Assembly (NCBI RefSeq): GCF_039654945.1
Contig: NW_027361754.1
Location: forward strand, 20,832,001 to 20,896,000
Direction of reading: 5' to 3'
From: Dendrobates tinctorius
Lineage: Eukaryota
Length of the DNA: 64,000 nucleotides
This document shows positions 1 to 10,274 of the stretch, one piece after another (positions within the stretch are counted from its first letter, which is position 1; the number at the start of each line of letters is the position of its first letter). The position numbers and the translations under genes are program-made. Below the pieces are notes generated by a model. That model did not search any database. It saw only the letters and a program-made list of their open reading frames with translations, and was not told where the DNA came from.

Positions 1-404
1 GCTCATGTATGCGCACAATTGCTCCATTCACACTGGGGACATAAGACCGCCATTCCCAGGAACGGTGGTGGTCCCAGTGGTCAGTCTTGCACTGATGTCA
101 CCTACATCATCTATCCAGTGGTGGTGGTGGGTTAACTCCTTCAAGGGATTTCTATGTTCCCAATTTAATTGAGCACCACAGGCCATAAATGCACGACCGG
201 GCTGAGATCTCTATGTCCATTGTGTGTTTGATGTAGACGTCAATGTGAGCTTTCACAGCAGCTCCACAGAGAGGAACATATGGACTTATGTGGGATTATT
301 TCAGCAGAGCATACGCTACAGCATGTGCAGAAACAAAGGAGTCTGCTGTACATAAAACAGAGAGCCGTGCTTTGTATAAGTATAGAATAAACAGTGCTTC
401 TTAC

Positions 405-540
405 CCCAGTACTACGCTAAAAGGCCAGCCCCAAAAAGCCCCGGCCGCCACACCCAACACGGCCACCGAGACCTTCTCCATGTACCAGCCCGTCATGGCG
501 ATCATCGTGGTGTACATGCAGAAACTGCTGGGGAGGTACG
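405..540 (-). CDS. ALG9: ALG9 coding exon 6 (AYLPSSFCMYTTMIAMTGWYMEKVSVAVLGVAAGAFWGWPFSVVLG); gene continues beyond window start
   Basis: LPSSFCMY and GWPF motifs; CAG acceptor, GTAAG donor; 136 bp. Confidence 0.96.
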
Positions 541-1148
541 CTGTAGGACGAAAGGGGGAATCATTAAGGAAAGCTGCACATCCAACATTCACCAAATTTA
601 ACTTTGAACTGGTGGACAGGTCATGAATGCACAAGATGGGAATACCCCTTTAAATCAATCACTTCCCGACTAGTTCACCAAGTGATCTTAGGAGCTTGTG
701 TTATGCAGCCGATACCTGCATCTACCAGCAGCAACCGGCACGAGCTCTGATCGCTGCTGCTGTTAACCACTTTTATGCCACCGACAGGCACTGACTGTAC
801 GATCGCATGATCCTCACCGGATGTGCAACGTGTGAAACTTCCAAGAGAGATTATTTCTGCAGATGGATCAATTTGGAGGACTCTGTTCCAGCGGTCACGT
901 CACTAGTCTGTGGTGGACAGGTGGGAGACCTGCAAGCTTCCTCCTCCCTGCCAAAGCCCCCGACACCTCTTCTGATTATTAGACTTGGCATTAAGTCATA
1001 CATGGCAGCCCTACTAATCAGAAGAGGAGGCGGACTTTGGTCTGGAGGCCATGGACTACTAATGTGGCCATTGTACCAGGATCCTGCAAATCGATCCGCT
1101 AAATATCATAACAAGAGAAGATATATCGACCATGTAATCATCACCTAC

Positions 1149-1237
1149 CGGCAGCCGAGCAAAACATTCCCGTACTGAGGACAAGGAACGCCAACATCAG
1201 ACGGCCAACATGGAGGCCAAATCTTTTGCACACAGCC
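1149..1237 (-). CDS. ALG9: ALG9 coding exon 5 (AVCKRFGLHVGRLMLAFLVLSTGMFCSAA)
   Basis: Manual translation; TAG acceptor, GTAGGT donor; 89 bp. Confidence 0.95.
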
Positions 1238-2383
1238 CTAGAGAGACAGAAAAACTATAAGTGTGGTAAAACTGCGGTCGTCTGTGGCCCATACATATCA
1301 CACAGCGAAATGGCAAGATATAGGGCAATATAGGATTTAGATTGTGAGCTCTAATGGGGGACAGGAAGCGATATAAATGACGGGATGACAATCTCTGTAC
1401 AGCGCTGCGGTGTATGTTGGTGCTACAAACTGTATTTTGTGATCTATTGCAACATCTCAAAGGACATCTGTCAGATGAGTCTTGCTGGCCCAAACTGCAG
1501 GCGGCATGAATCACTGCAGTCTGGTTGCACGATTGCAGCCAACGTGTAATATTCTCCAAAAAGCGATGGAATTTCAGAGAAACAATACTTTTAAGATCCG
1601 TCCAGGGATCACATATTCGGAGAACAGACTAGTCCGGTGGTGCTCCTGGATGCCTCTTCCTGGCATTGCCGACAGGTCTCTATGTGCACGCGAGAGAAAG
1701 ATCTATCAATCACCTGCAGTGGCGCCAGGAAGAATTGGCTGAAAATGGCCCTGGACCAGAGTCTGTTCTCCAAATCTTCAAAGTATACTTTCTCTGAAAA
1801 GCAGGAGCAAATTATGGAATATATTTATGGTTGCAATCATGCTGCCAGGATTTGACACTGCCCACAGTTTCATCAGCAGTACTCAATACAGATTTTTCTC
1901 TTCTGGAAATGTCTCTTCCTGTAATATAGGTTGGATGTGAGCTGTGTGTGTGTCCAGGGTGCTGCAGCCTTCATTTGCTCATATCAACACTGCTTCTATC
2001 CTGCACTCACTTCTTCTTAATGTGCTTTCCGCCTTCTTTGTAACCCTTTTTCTCTGCTCTCCGTGATACTGTAGATACTTTCTCCCCCTCTCCATAATCC
2101 TTTGCTTTGAAGCCTAATAGTTTCCTTTTAGTGACATGTCACATTACAATGCCCCAGTGATAGAGACGTACATAATCACATTTTTGCGCTCAAATGCAAC
2201 CAGTAATAAAATATTGGCACGTAATATACCCCCAGCTGCTACAGAACTTCTTTTTGCAATGGGTAATGGCAATGCATAACAATGAACATAAGCTCCATGA
2301 GTCCTAGCGGACGGCCAACAGCCACAGCAGCGTGTAATGAGAGGCGCTGGGTAACTCATTTATAAGAATTATTAGATACTTAC

Positions 2384-2454
2384 TTATAGAAATAAAGCTC
2401 GCATATGCAGCTACAGAAAGCCAAAAAGCACCGGATGAAGTAAAAGACCAGAAC
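2384..2454 (-). CDS. ALG9: ALG9 coding exon 4 (VLVFYFIRCFLAFCSCICELYFYK)
   Basis: Manual translation; polypyrimidine-TAG acceptor, GTAAGT donor; 71 bp, phases consistent. Confidence 0.95.
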
Positions 2455-2590
2455 CTAACAAAGGGGAAAAAAAATTACTTTCCACCAAAATGACATATTA
2501 TGAGCAAGAGGACACTGGAGACCAAATGACAAGTATATAAGATATCAAAAACAAAAAAAAAAGAAAAGGCAACTAATCTCGTCCAGCTAC

Positions 2591-2725
2591 CTTGTTCGTC
2601 TGGAGAACATTGGCATGGAACCACGCGGGTAAAGCGTGCAGCCACAGGTAGGCATAGGAGCGGACAGCGTAGGCTGGAGAATATTCCCACGTCTGGAATC
2701 CTTTTCCGTATACGAGGTAGTGAGT
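2591..2725 (-). CDS. ALG9: ALG9 coding exon 3 (THYLVYGKGFQTWEYSPAYAVRSYAYLWLHALPAWFHANVLQTNK)
   Basis: Manual translation gives the GFQTWEYSP motif; TAG acceptor, GT donor; 135 bp; not in the ORF track. Confidence 0.97.
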
Positions 2726-2938
2726 CTATAAAAGAAAACGGTGTGAAGGAAAAATAATTGAAATCAACATAAGTTATAATTTGTAAACAGGGCTGTGGAG
2801 TCGGAGTCGTGGAGTCAGAGTTAGTTTTGGTTGGAGTCGGAGTCGGAAGAAATGTACCGACTCCAGCTTTAAAAAAAAATGTATTAATATTTCATAATTG
2901 AACTTTCATATGAATTTTATAAATGTTACTCAAATATA

Positions 2939-4159
2939 CACTCACTGGCCACTTTATTAGGTACACCATGCTAGTAAGGGGTTGGACCCCCTTTTGCCTT
3001 CAGAACTGCCTCAATTCTTCGTGGCAGAGATTCAACAAGGTGCTGGAAGCATTCCTCAGAGATTTTGGACCATATTGACATGATGGCATCACACAGTTGG
3101 CGCAGATTTGTCGGCTGCACATCCCTGATGCGAATCTCCCGTTCCACCACATCCCAAAGATGCTCTATTGGATTGAGATCTGGTGACTGAGGAGGCCATT
3201 TGAGTACAGTAAACTCATTGTCATGTTCAAGAAACCAATCTGAGATGATTCGAGCTTTATGACATGGCGCCTTATCCTGCTGAAAGTAGCCATCAGATGT
3301 TGGGTACATTGTGGTCATAAAGGGATGGACATGGTCAGCAACAATACTCAGGTAGGCTGTGGCGTTGCAACGATGCTCAATTGGTACCAAGGGGCCCAAA
3401 GAGTGCCCAGAAAAAATTCCCCACACCATGACACCACCACCACCAGCCTGAACCGTTGATACAAGGCAGGATGGATCCATGCTTTCATGTTGTTTACGCC
3501 AAATTCTGACCCTACCATCCAAATGTCGCAGCAGAAATCGAGACTCATCAGACCAGGCAACGTTTTTCCAATCTTCTACTGTCCAATTTCGATGAGCTTG
3601 TGCAAATTGTAGCCTCAGTTTCCTGTTCTTAGCTGAGAGGAGTGGTACCCAGTGTGGTCTTCTGCTGCTGTAGCCCATCTGCCTCAAAGTTCGACGCACT
3701 GTGCGTTCAGAGATGCTCTTCTGCCTACCTTGGTTGTAACGGGTGGCAATTTGCGTCACTGTTGCCTTTCTATCAGCTCGAACCAGTCTGCCCATTCTCC
3801 TCTGACCTCTGGCATCAACATGGCATTTCCGGCCACAGAACTGCCGCTCACTGGATTTTTTTTCTTTTTCGGACCATTCTCTGTAAACCCTAGAGATGGT
3901 TGTGCGTGAAAATCCCAGTAGATCAGCAGTTTCTGAAATTCTCAGACCAGCCCTTCTGGCACCAACAATCATGCCACGTTCAAAGGCACTCAAATCACCT
4001 TTCTTCCCCATACTGATGCTCGGTTTGAACTGCAGGAGATTGTCTTGACCATGTCTACATGCCTAAATGCACTGAGTTGCCGCCATGTGATTGGCTGATT
4101 AGAAATTAAGTCTTAACACACAGTTGGACAGGTGTACCTAATAAAGTGGCCAGTGAGTG
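2939..4159 (-). mobile_element. Tc1/mariner DD36E (Incomer-type) transposon, 1221 bp
   Basis: Perfect 29-bp TIRs CACTCACTGGCCACTTTATTAGGTACACC; TA on both flanks; contains a 346-aa transposase. Confidence 0.95.
2971..4011 (-). CDS. Tc1-like transposase, 346 aa, DD36E triad
   Basis: Paired-like HTH N-terminus; [21 protein letters not shown]; 36 residues counted between the second D and E. Confidence 0.95.
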   Translation of the reverse strand: MGKKGDLSAFERGMIVGARRAGLRISETADLLGFSRTTISRVYREWSEKEKKSSERQFCGRKCHVDARGQRRMGRLVRADRKATVTQIATRYNQGRQKSISERTVRRTLRQMGYSSRRPHWVPLLSAKNRKLRLQFAQAHRNWTVEDWKNVAWSDESRFLLRHLDGRVRIWRKQHESMDPSCLVSTVQAGGGGVMVWGIFSGHSLGPLVPIEHRCNATAYLSIVADHVHPFMTTMYPTSDGYFQQDKAPCHKARIISDWFLEHDNEFTVLKWPPQSPDLNPIEHLWDVVEREIRIRDVQPTNLRQLCDAIMSIWSKISEECFQHLVESLPRRIEAVLKAKGGPTPY

Positions 4160-4614
4160 TATATGTTCTATCAAACTATCACAACAGTGATAAGCAGTTC
4201 TGCTGGAGATAGAGACATTTCTTACTTCTTGTGTGTCACTGTTCTCCACTGCCCTTATCTAATCTTATACTTGGTTAACCTCATGCTGCCCCAACCCCCC
4301 TACTTACAATGTATGAAACTGAAAGTGAAAATGTGTTGCAAATTCTTAGTAGTAAAGCTCCTCCTCTAGACTAGATCATACTAGGTGTGCGTCTTCCAAG
4401 CATCTCACAGCTGCCTGCTACTCAGAAGAGGAAGACTGTAAGAAGTATTATCCTTTCAACAAACTTTGCATCAGTTAACTGTGAGTACATGAGGAATAGT
4501 AACAGTATTACTGACCACTATATCAGTTGTACGACCTGGCAATAATTTTGTACAATTGTTTTTAGGAAAAACAATTGTCATTTGGATTGTGAATGCAGAA
4601 TTAAAAACCTGAGA

Positions 4615-6624
4615 ATGTCAAAGCAGCATCACATTAAATCAGCTGTATTTGAACATTTCACCATCACTCAAGATAGAAAACATTATGTCTGTCAGTGTAT
4701 GACAAATGATCCAGACGAAAACAAATGCTGTGAAGCCAAGATGAGTGCATATTCAGGCAAAGATAAAAATGCTCCTACCAGAGCTTCTAATCTAAAGAGA
4801 CATTTACAGTGCTTTCATCCAGAAGTACTGAAAGCAGTGGATGAGAAAGACTGCATCCAAACCAATGAACCAGTGCCCAGCTCTTCCAGCCAAACAAAGG
4901 AGCAGAGAACTTTGCAGCCATCAGTTGCAAGATATTTTGTCAGTGACAAAGTTACTGTGACAATGACAGTAGATACATTTAAAAAACAGATCATAGAGCT
5001 TGTTGTAAAGGATAGTGTGCCTATTTCATTATTTTCACGACCAGCTTTTATGTGTCTGAATGGGGAAATGGCCCGCAAGCTTGGTGTTTCTCTGGAGAGA
5101 GAGAGTATTAGAAAATTAGTAATCGAAGAAGCTTTTAAACAAAAGGAAGAACTTAAAAAAACTCTCAAGGGACGCTTTCTGTTTCTTAAAATGGATGCCT
5201 GCACACGTCACAGAGTGAACTATTTTGCCATCAATGTCCGATTTGTTTGCGACAAAAATGAAATAGTTACCAAGACATTGGCAGTAAAATACACCAAAGC
5301 TCATCACACCAGTGAGTTTCTCCAGGTCTTGGTGGAAAAGGTTCTGCAAGACTATGAACTTAAAAAAGAGCAAGTTCTTTCTGTCGTAACTGACAATGCT
5401 TCAAATATAAGTACTATTAAGCTAATGAATGAGAGTAATGATGGTGACCAGCAGCTAGAAGAACATTCTGGGTCCACAGACACAGAAATGTTTGAAATAG
5501 AGGAACACAGTATTATAACTGAGGAGCAAACTGAAGTTGCTTCAGATGAACAGCAACATGATAGTTTAGATGATCTTGTTGAAACTGTGTCAATATGTTC
5601 TTTCATTCATCACATGCGCTGTGTTGTGCATACGCTACAGCTGGCTATAAGAGACAGTCTGCAAGAAGGACATGCTGCTGCACTGATTGGCAAGGTGAGA
5701 AAATTGGCTACTGTTGCCAGAACCCCTAAAGTTGACTCAATTTTGAAGAGACGTGCTGGAAAAGGGGCAATTATTGATCAAGCCACACGATGGGGCAGTA
5801 CTTACTTAATGATTCAGCGCTTGGTTGAACTGAAAACCTTTCTTGTAGACATGGCTAACCCACAACTGACGCTAAATGAAAGTCAATGGAATCAGGTGAC
5901 TGAGCTGGAAAAATTGCTAGAGCACCCATTTACAGTGACTAAAAAATTACAAGCAGAGGACTTAACTCCAGGTATTTTCTTAAAGGAGTGGAAGAACCTG
6001 ATCTTTCGCCTGTCCCAAAGAGGAGGGTTAATTGCAAGTGGCATTGCTACATCAATGAAACGGAGAGAGGAGCTACTATTACAAAATAACATTCTTTTGG
6101 CAGCTGTTTATGTAGACCCAATGCATCGGATTCTTCTAGATGATCAACAGCTAAGTAAAGGAAAAGAAGCTCTGTTTGAAATAGCAGTAAGAATGAAAGG
6201 GTTGCAGAACAGTCAGGAGGAACAAGACGACTTTGGTTGTCCTGCCACATCTTCACCCTCATCATCAACTGATGAAGAATTTAATTTCGAAAAATATTTG
6301 GATCACAAGAACCGTGCAAAGCGTTCCCGCATAGAAGAGTCATCCCCATCAAGGAACACAGCCAGTACATTTCAGCAGAATTTTTCATGTGCACTAAAAG
6401 AAATTGAGAAATTTGACCGTTCATCAAAAATAACAGAGCAACAAGCGATTCCTCTGTATCCTGACATTGTCAGAGATGTTGCCCGAGTGGTTACTGCTTT
6501 GCCACCAACACAAGTTAGTGTAGAGAGGTTGTTCTCTGCTCTCAAAATAATTAGATCAGATTTGAGGGCATCCATGAAGGAGGATCTGACAGAGGCAATA
6601 CTTTTTCTGAGGACAAATTTATAG
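4615..6624 (+). CDS. hAT transposase (BED zinc finger, DDE core, C-terminal dimerisation region), uninterrupted ORF, 669 aa from first ATG
   Basis: BED-like C..C..NLKRHLQCFH; KMDACT, VTDNAS, CVVH (CxxH), TRWGST, VERLFS motifs. Confidence 0.9.
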   Translation: MSKQHHIKSAVFEHFTITQDRKHYVCQCMTNDPDENKCCEAKMSAYSGKDKNAPTRASNLKRHLQCFHPEVLKAVDEKDCIQTNEPVPSSSSQTKEQRTLQPSVARYFVSDKVTVTMTVDTFKKQIIELVVKDSVPISLFSRPAFMCLNGEMARKLGVSLERESIRKLVIEEAFKQKEELKKTLKGRFLFLKMDACTRHRVNYFAINVRFVCDKNEIVTKTLAVKYTKAHHTSEFLQVLVEKVLQDYELKKEQVLSVVTDNASNISTIKLMNESNDGDQQLEEHSGSTDTEMFEIEEHSIITEEQTEVASDEQQHDSLDDLVETVSICSFIHHMRCVVHTLQLAIRDSLQEGHAAALIGKVRKLATVARTPKVDSILKRRAGKGAIIDQATRWGSTYLMIQRLVELKTFLVDMANPQLTLNESQWNQVTELEKLLEHPFTVTKKLQAEDLTPGIFLKEWKNLIFRLSQRGGLIASGIATSMKRREELLLQNNILLAAVYVDPMHRILLDDQQLSKGKEALFEIAVRMKGLQNSQEEQDDFGCPATSSPSSSTDEEFNFEKYLDHKNRAKRSRIEESSPSRNTASTFQQNFSCALKEIEKFDRSSKITEQQAIPLYPDIVRDVARVVTALPPTQVSVERLFSALKIIRSDLRASMKEDLTEAILFLRTNL

Positions 6625-7029
6625 ATTTCTTCTTATTAACTGCATAAAAGTGTTTATTGCATATTTACTTCCAGTTTAGAAAAGTTTATAAAAGTTATTT
6701 GCTATATTCTAATTGTATTCTAATAAATGTAGTTTTTGCTCTAAGTGGTCTGATTACTTATATGATGGTGAGAAACTGAATAAGCACGATGTTTAATATT
6801 TTACAACAGTAAATTTGTTGTTATGAATTGGCCATTTATGAAGGTGTCGGAGCCTGATAAAATCCAGGAGTCGGAGTCGCAACTGTGGCTTACCGACTCC
6901 ACAGCCCTGTAAATTTTCTTTTATTCCGAAGAATTTGCAGAGTGATACTTTAGGCAAAAGATAAAAAACAATAGTTTAATATGTGCTGTTTGAAACCCGA
7001 TCTAAAATTCTGATTTTTCTCTTGTGAGA

Positions 7030-7950
7030 GTGTCTCTCCCAGTAACCTAGGCTGGATGCAAGGTCTGTGTGTCTCTGCCAGTAATAAAGGTTGGATGTGA
7101 GCTCTGCATGTCTCTCCCAGTAATATAGGCTGGATGTGAGCTCTGCATGTCTCTCCCAGTAATATAGGCTGGATGTGAGCTCTGCATGTCTCTCCCAGTA
7201 ATATAGGCTGGATGTGAGCTCTGCATGTCTCTCCCAGTAATATAGGCTGGATGTGAGCTCTGCATGTCTCTCCCAGTAATATAGGCTGGATGTGAGCTCT
7301 GCATGTCTCTCCCAGTAATATAGGCTGGATGTGAGCTCTGCATGTCTCTCCCAGTAATATAGGCTGGATGTGAGCTCTGCATGTCTCTCCCAGTAATATA
7401 GGCTGGATGTGAGCTCTGCATGTCTCTCCCAGTAATATAGGCTGGATGTGAGCTCTGCATGTCTCTCCCAGTAATATAGGCTGGATGTGAGCTCTGCATG
7501 TCTCTCCCAGTAATATAGGCTGGATGTGAGCTCTGCATGTCTCTCCCAGTAATATAGGCTGGATGTGAGCTCTGCATGTCTCTCCCAGTAATATAGGCTG
7601 GATGTGAGCTCTGCATGTCTCTCCCAGTAATATAGGCTAGATGTGAGCTCTGCATGTCTCTCCCAGTAATATAGGCTAGATGTGAGCTCTGCATGTCTCT
7701 CCCAGTAATATAGGCTGGATGTGAGCTCTGCATGTCTCTCCCAGTAATATAGGCTGGATGTGAGCTCTGCATGTCTCTCCCAGTAATATAGGCTGGATGT
7801 GAGCTCTGTGCATCTCTCCCAGTAATATAGGCTGGATGTGAGCTCTGCATGTCTCTCCCAGTAATATAGGCTGGATGTGAGCTCTGTGCATCTCTCCCAG
7901 TAATATAGGCTGGATGCCAGGCCTGTGTGTCCCTCCCTGTAATACAGGCT
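7030..7950. repeat. 39-bp minisatellite (TCTCTCCCAGTAATATAGGCTGGATGTGAGCTCTGCATG), about 23 copies, highly homogeneous
   Basis: Direct inspection; 13-aa periodicity in the spurious ORFs. Confidence 0.97.
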
Positions 7951-8045
7951 GGAGCCATATCCTCCTCCTTCTCCTCTCGCTTCCTCAAACTCACTGTGGA
8001 CAAATCTGAACCACCATCTTTCCTCCATCTCACAGATCTTCCTTA

Positions 8046-8383
8046 GGCTATGTTCATATTGCGTTAGAGCAGTCCGTTCAATGCATGCGTTAAACAGACT
8101 GCACTAACGCAACTCTTTATTTTTGATCGTGTTATGCGATCGCGCTAGCGCAGATGCTCCATCCATGCGCTAGCAGTGACGGACCCTCGAAGGCTGCAGA
8201 CTGCGTCCAAGGGTTCATCACAGAATGATGGCACATCGCTAATGTATGCCGATTATGACATGCGTTAGCGATGCACTACGTTATGGCAGTCTATGGGTGC
8301 GTTAACGCATCCTTACATAGCATTAATGCTGCTATATAACGGATGCGTTAAACGCAGCGCCATAACACAATATGAACCCAGTC
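8046..8383. mobile_element. PIF/Harbinger-type MITE
   Basis: Imperfect TIRs GGCTATGTTCATATTG / CAATATGAACCCAGTC; TTA on both flanks. Confidence 0.75.
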
Positions 8384-8384
8384 T

Positions 8385-9297
8385 TACCTGACCTATGACA
8401 ATTAACGACATCACGCTTTCCCTCCATACCAGAAGTCCGCTGCCTCGGAGCAACCCTCGATTCTGCCCTGTCCTTCAAACCACTCATCTAAGCTCTTTCC
8501 TCCTCCTGTCGCATCCAGCTCAAAAATATCTCCAGAATCCGTCCTTTCCTCAATCTACTAAAAATGCTTGTGCATGCCCTCACCATCTCCCACCTTGACT
8601 ACGGCAACATCCTTTTCTGTAGCCTCTCTGCTAACACCCTCGCACCTCTCAGTCCATCTTTAACTCTGCTGCCCGACTAATTTATCTCTCTCCTCGCTAC
8701 TCCTCTGCAAATCTCTTCACTGGCTCCCATTCCCTCAGCGTATCCAGTTCAAATTACTAACACTGACCTACAAAGCCATCTATAGCCTGTCTCTTCCATA
8801 TATCTCTGAACTAATCTCCCCATATCTTCCCTCACGTAATCTCCGGTCCTCCTAAGATCTCCTCTCCTCCACACTTACTTGCGCCTCACCCAATCGCCTC
8901 CAAGACTTCTCCCGAATAGACCCCATCCTCTGGAATTCTTTACCCCACCATGTCCGACTATCAACCACTTTTGGATCCTTCAGACGGAACCTGAAAACCC
9001 ATCTATTCAGGAAAGCCTACAGCCTGCAATGATCCCCGCTGCCTCCTCACCACTACCGGAACTTACGCATCACCAACACCAGAGCTGTAGCAACCCCCCA
9101 ACCTACTGTCTCCTTCACCACTATCCTGTAGAATGTAAGCCTGCAAGGGCAGGGTCCGCTCTCCCCTCTGTATCAGTCTGTGATTGTTAGTTTGTTTACT
9201 GTAAGTGGATATCTGCACATTAGTATGTAACCCCCCTTCTCATGTGCAGAACCATGGAATCAATGGTGCTACATAAATAAATAATGAAAATAATAAT
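8385..9297 (+). mobile_element. L2-type LINE 3' fragment, degenerate
   Basis: Degraded RT C-terminal sequence homologous to the other L2 pieces in the window; ends in an AAATAAATAAT tail. Confidence 0.75.
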
Positions 9298-9545
9298 GTT
9301 AGCTCTTTGTGTCTCACCCTGTAATATAGGCTGGATGTGAGCTCTGTGTGTCTCCCAGTAATACAGCTTGGATGTGAGCTATGTGTGTCTCCTCCAGTAA
9401 TATATGCAAAACACAAGCCGCGGAGACACCATCACATGTTTCTCAACGCAAGCAATGACTAGCCAGGTCTTTCCCCGGGAAGGAACAACCACGGGAAGGG
9501 CAGTCTCCAATGAAGGAAACCACCTATGCCAAAACATGGTATCCA

Positions 9546-9589
9546 TCCACAAACAGCTGTTTCGGGGTATTGCCCCTCATCAGTGTGGA
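9546..9589 (-). ncRNA. Minimal type I hammerhead ribozyme, copy 1 (GUU cleavage triplet)
   Basis: UCCACA-CUGAUGA-GGGG caaua CCCC-GAAAC agcu GUU-UGUGGA. Confidence 0.88.
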
Positions 9590-9896
9590 GTAGGAAACTG
9601 GCTAGTAGGAGCAATGCCTAGTAAAAAACTGTGAAAAATGAGGATGAATGAACTCATGGAGATCAACATCCAACACTGCGGAGACACCATCACGTTTCTC
9701 AACGCAGAGATTCTAGAGCAATGCCCCCATTCCTTATGGGAAATATGCAAAAACATGCAAAACACAAGCCGTGGAGACACCATCACATGTTTCTCAACGC
9801 AAGCAATGACTAGTCAGGTCTTTCCCCGGGAAGGAACAACCACAGGAAGGGCAGTCTCCAATGAAGGAAACCACCTATGCCAAAACATGGTATCCA

Positions 9897-9940
9897 TCCA
9901 CAGACAGCTGTTTCGGGGTATTGCCCCTCATCAGTGTGGA
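9897..9940 (-). ncRNA. Minimal type I hammerhead ribozyme, copy 2 (canonical GUC triplet)
   Basis: UCCACA-CUGAUGA-GGGG caaua CCCC-GAAAC agcu GUC-UGUGGA; all core nucleotides and stems I-III intact. Confidence 0.93.
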
Positions 9941-10230
9941 GTAGGAAACTGGCCAGTAGGAGCAATGCCTAGTAGAAGACTGTGAAAGACTGGGGAAAGA
10001 CCTGGCTAGTCATTGCTTGCGTTGAGAAACATGTGATGGTGTCTCCGCAGCTTGTGTGTTGCATGTTTTTGCATATTTCCCATAAGGGTGGGGGCATTGC
10101 TCTAGAATCACTGTGTTGAGAAACATGTGATGGTGTCTCCGCAGTGTTGGATGTTGATATCCATGAGTTCATTCATCCTCATTTTTCACAGTCTTCTACT
10201 AGGCATTGCTCCTACTGGCCAGTTTCCTAC

Positions 10231-10274
10231 GCCACACTGATGAGGGGCAATACCCCGAAACAGCAGTCTGTGGA
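10231..10274 (+). ncRNA. Minimal type I hammerhead ribozyme, copy 3 (GUC triplet, loop III AGCA variant)
   Basis: CCACA-CUGAUGA-GGGG caaua CCCC-GAAAC agca GUC-UGUGG. Confidence 0.88.

Larger units (their letters stand above)
2788..6909 (+). mobile_element. hAT-superfamily DNA transposon, full length, with nested Tc1
   Basis: 17-bp TIRs CAGGGCTGTGGAGTCGG / CCGACTCCACAGCCCTG; subterminal GGAGTC repeats; internal transposase ORF. Confidence 0.92.

Noticed and set aside
4582-6624. Domesticated ZBED-type host gene
   Set aside because: Flanked by intact TIRs and subterminal repeats inside an intron, which fits a transposon copy
6976-8033. 350-aa and 328-aa repetitive ORFs; also CRISPR-like regularity
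   Set aside because: 39-bp head-to-tail repeat with no unique spacers; eukaryotic intron; no cas genes
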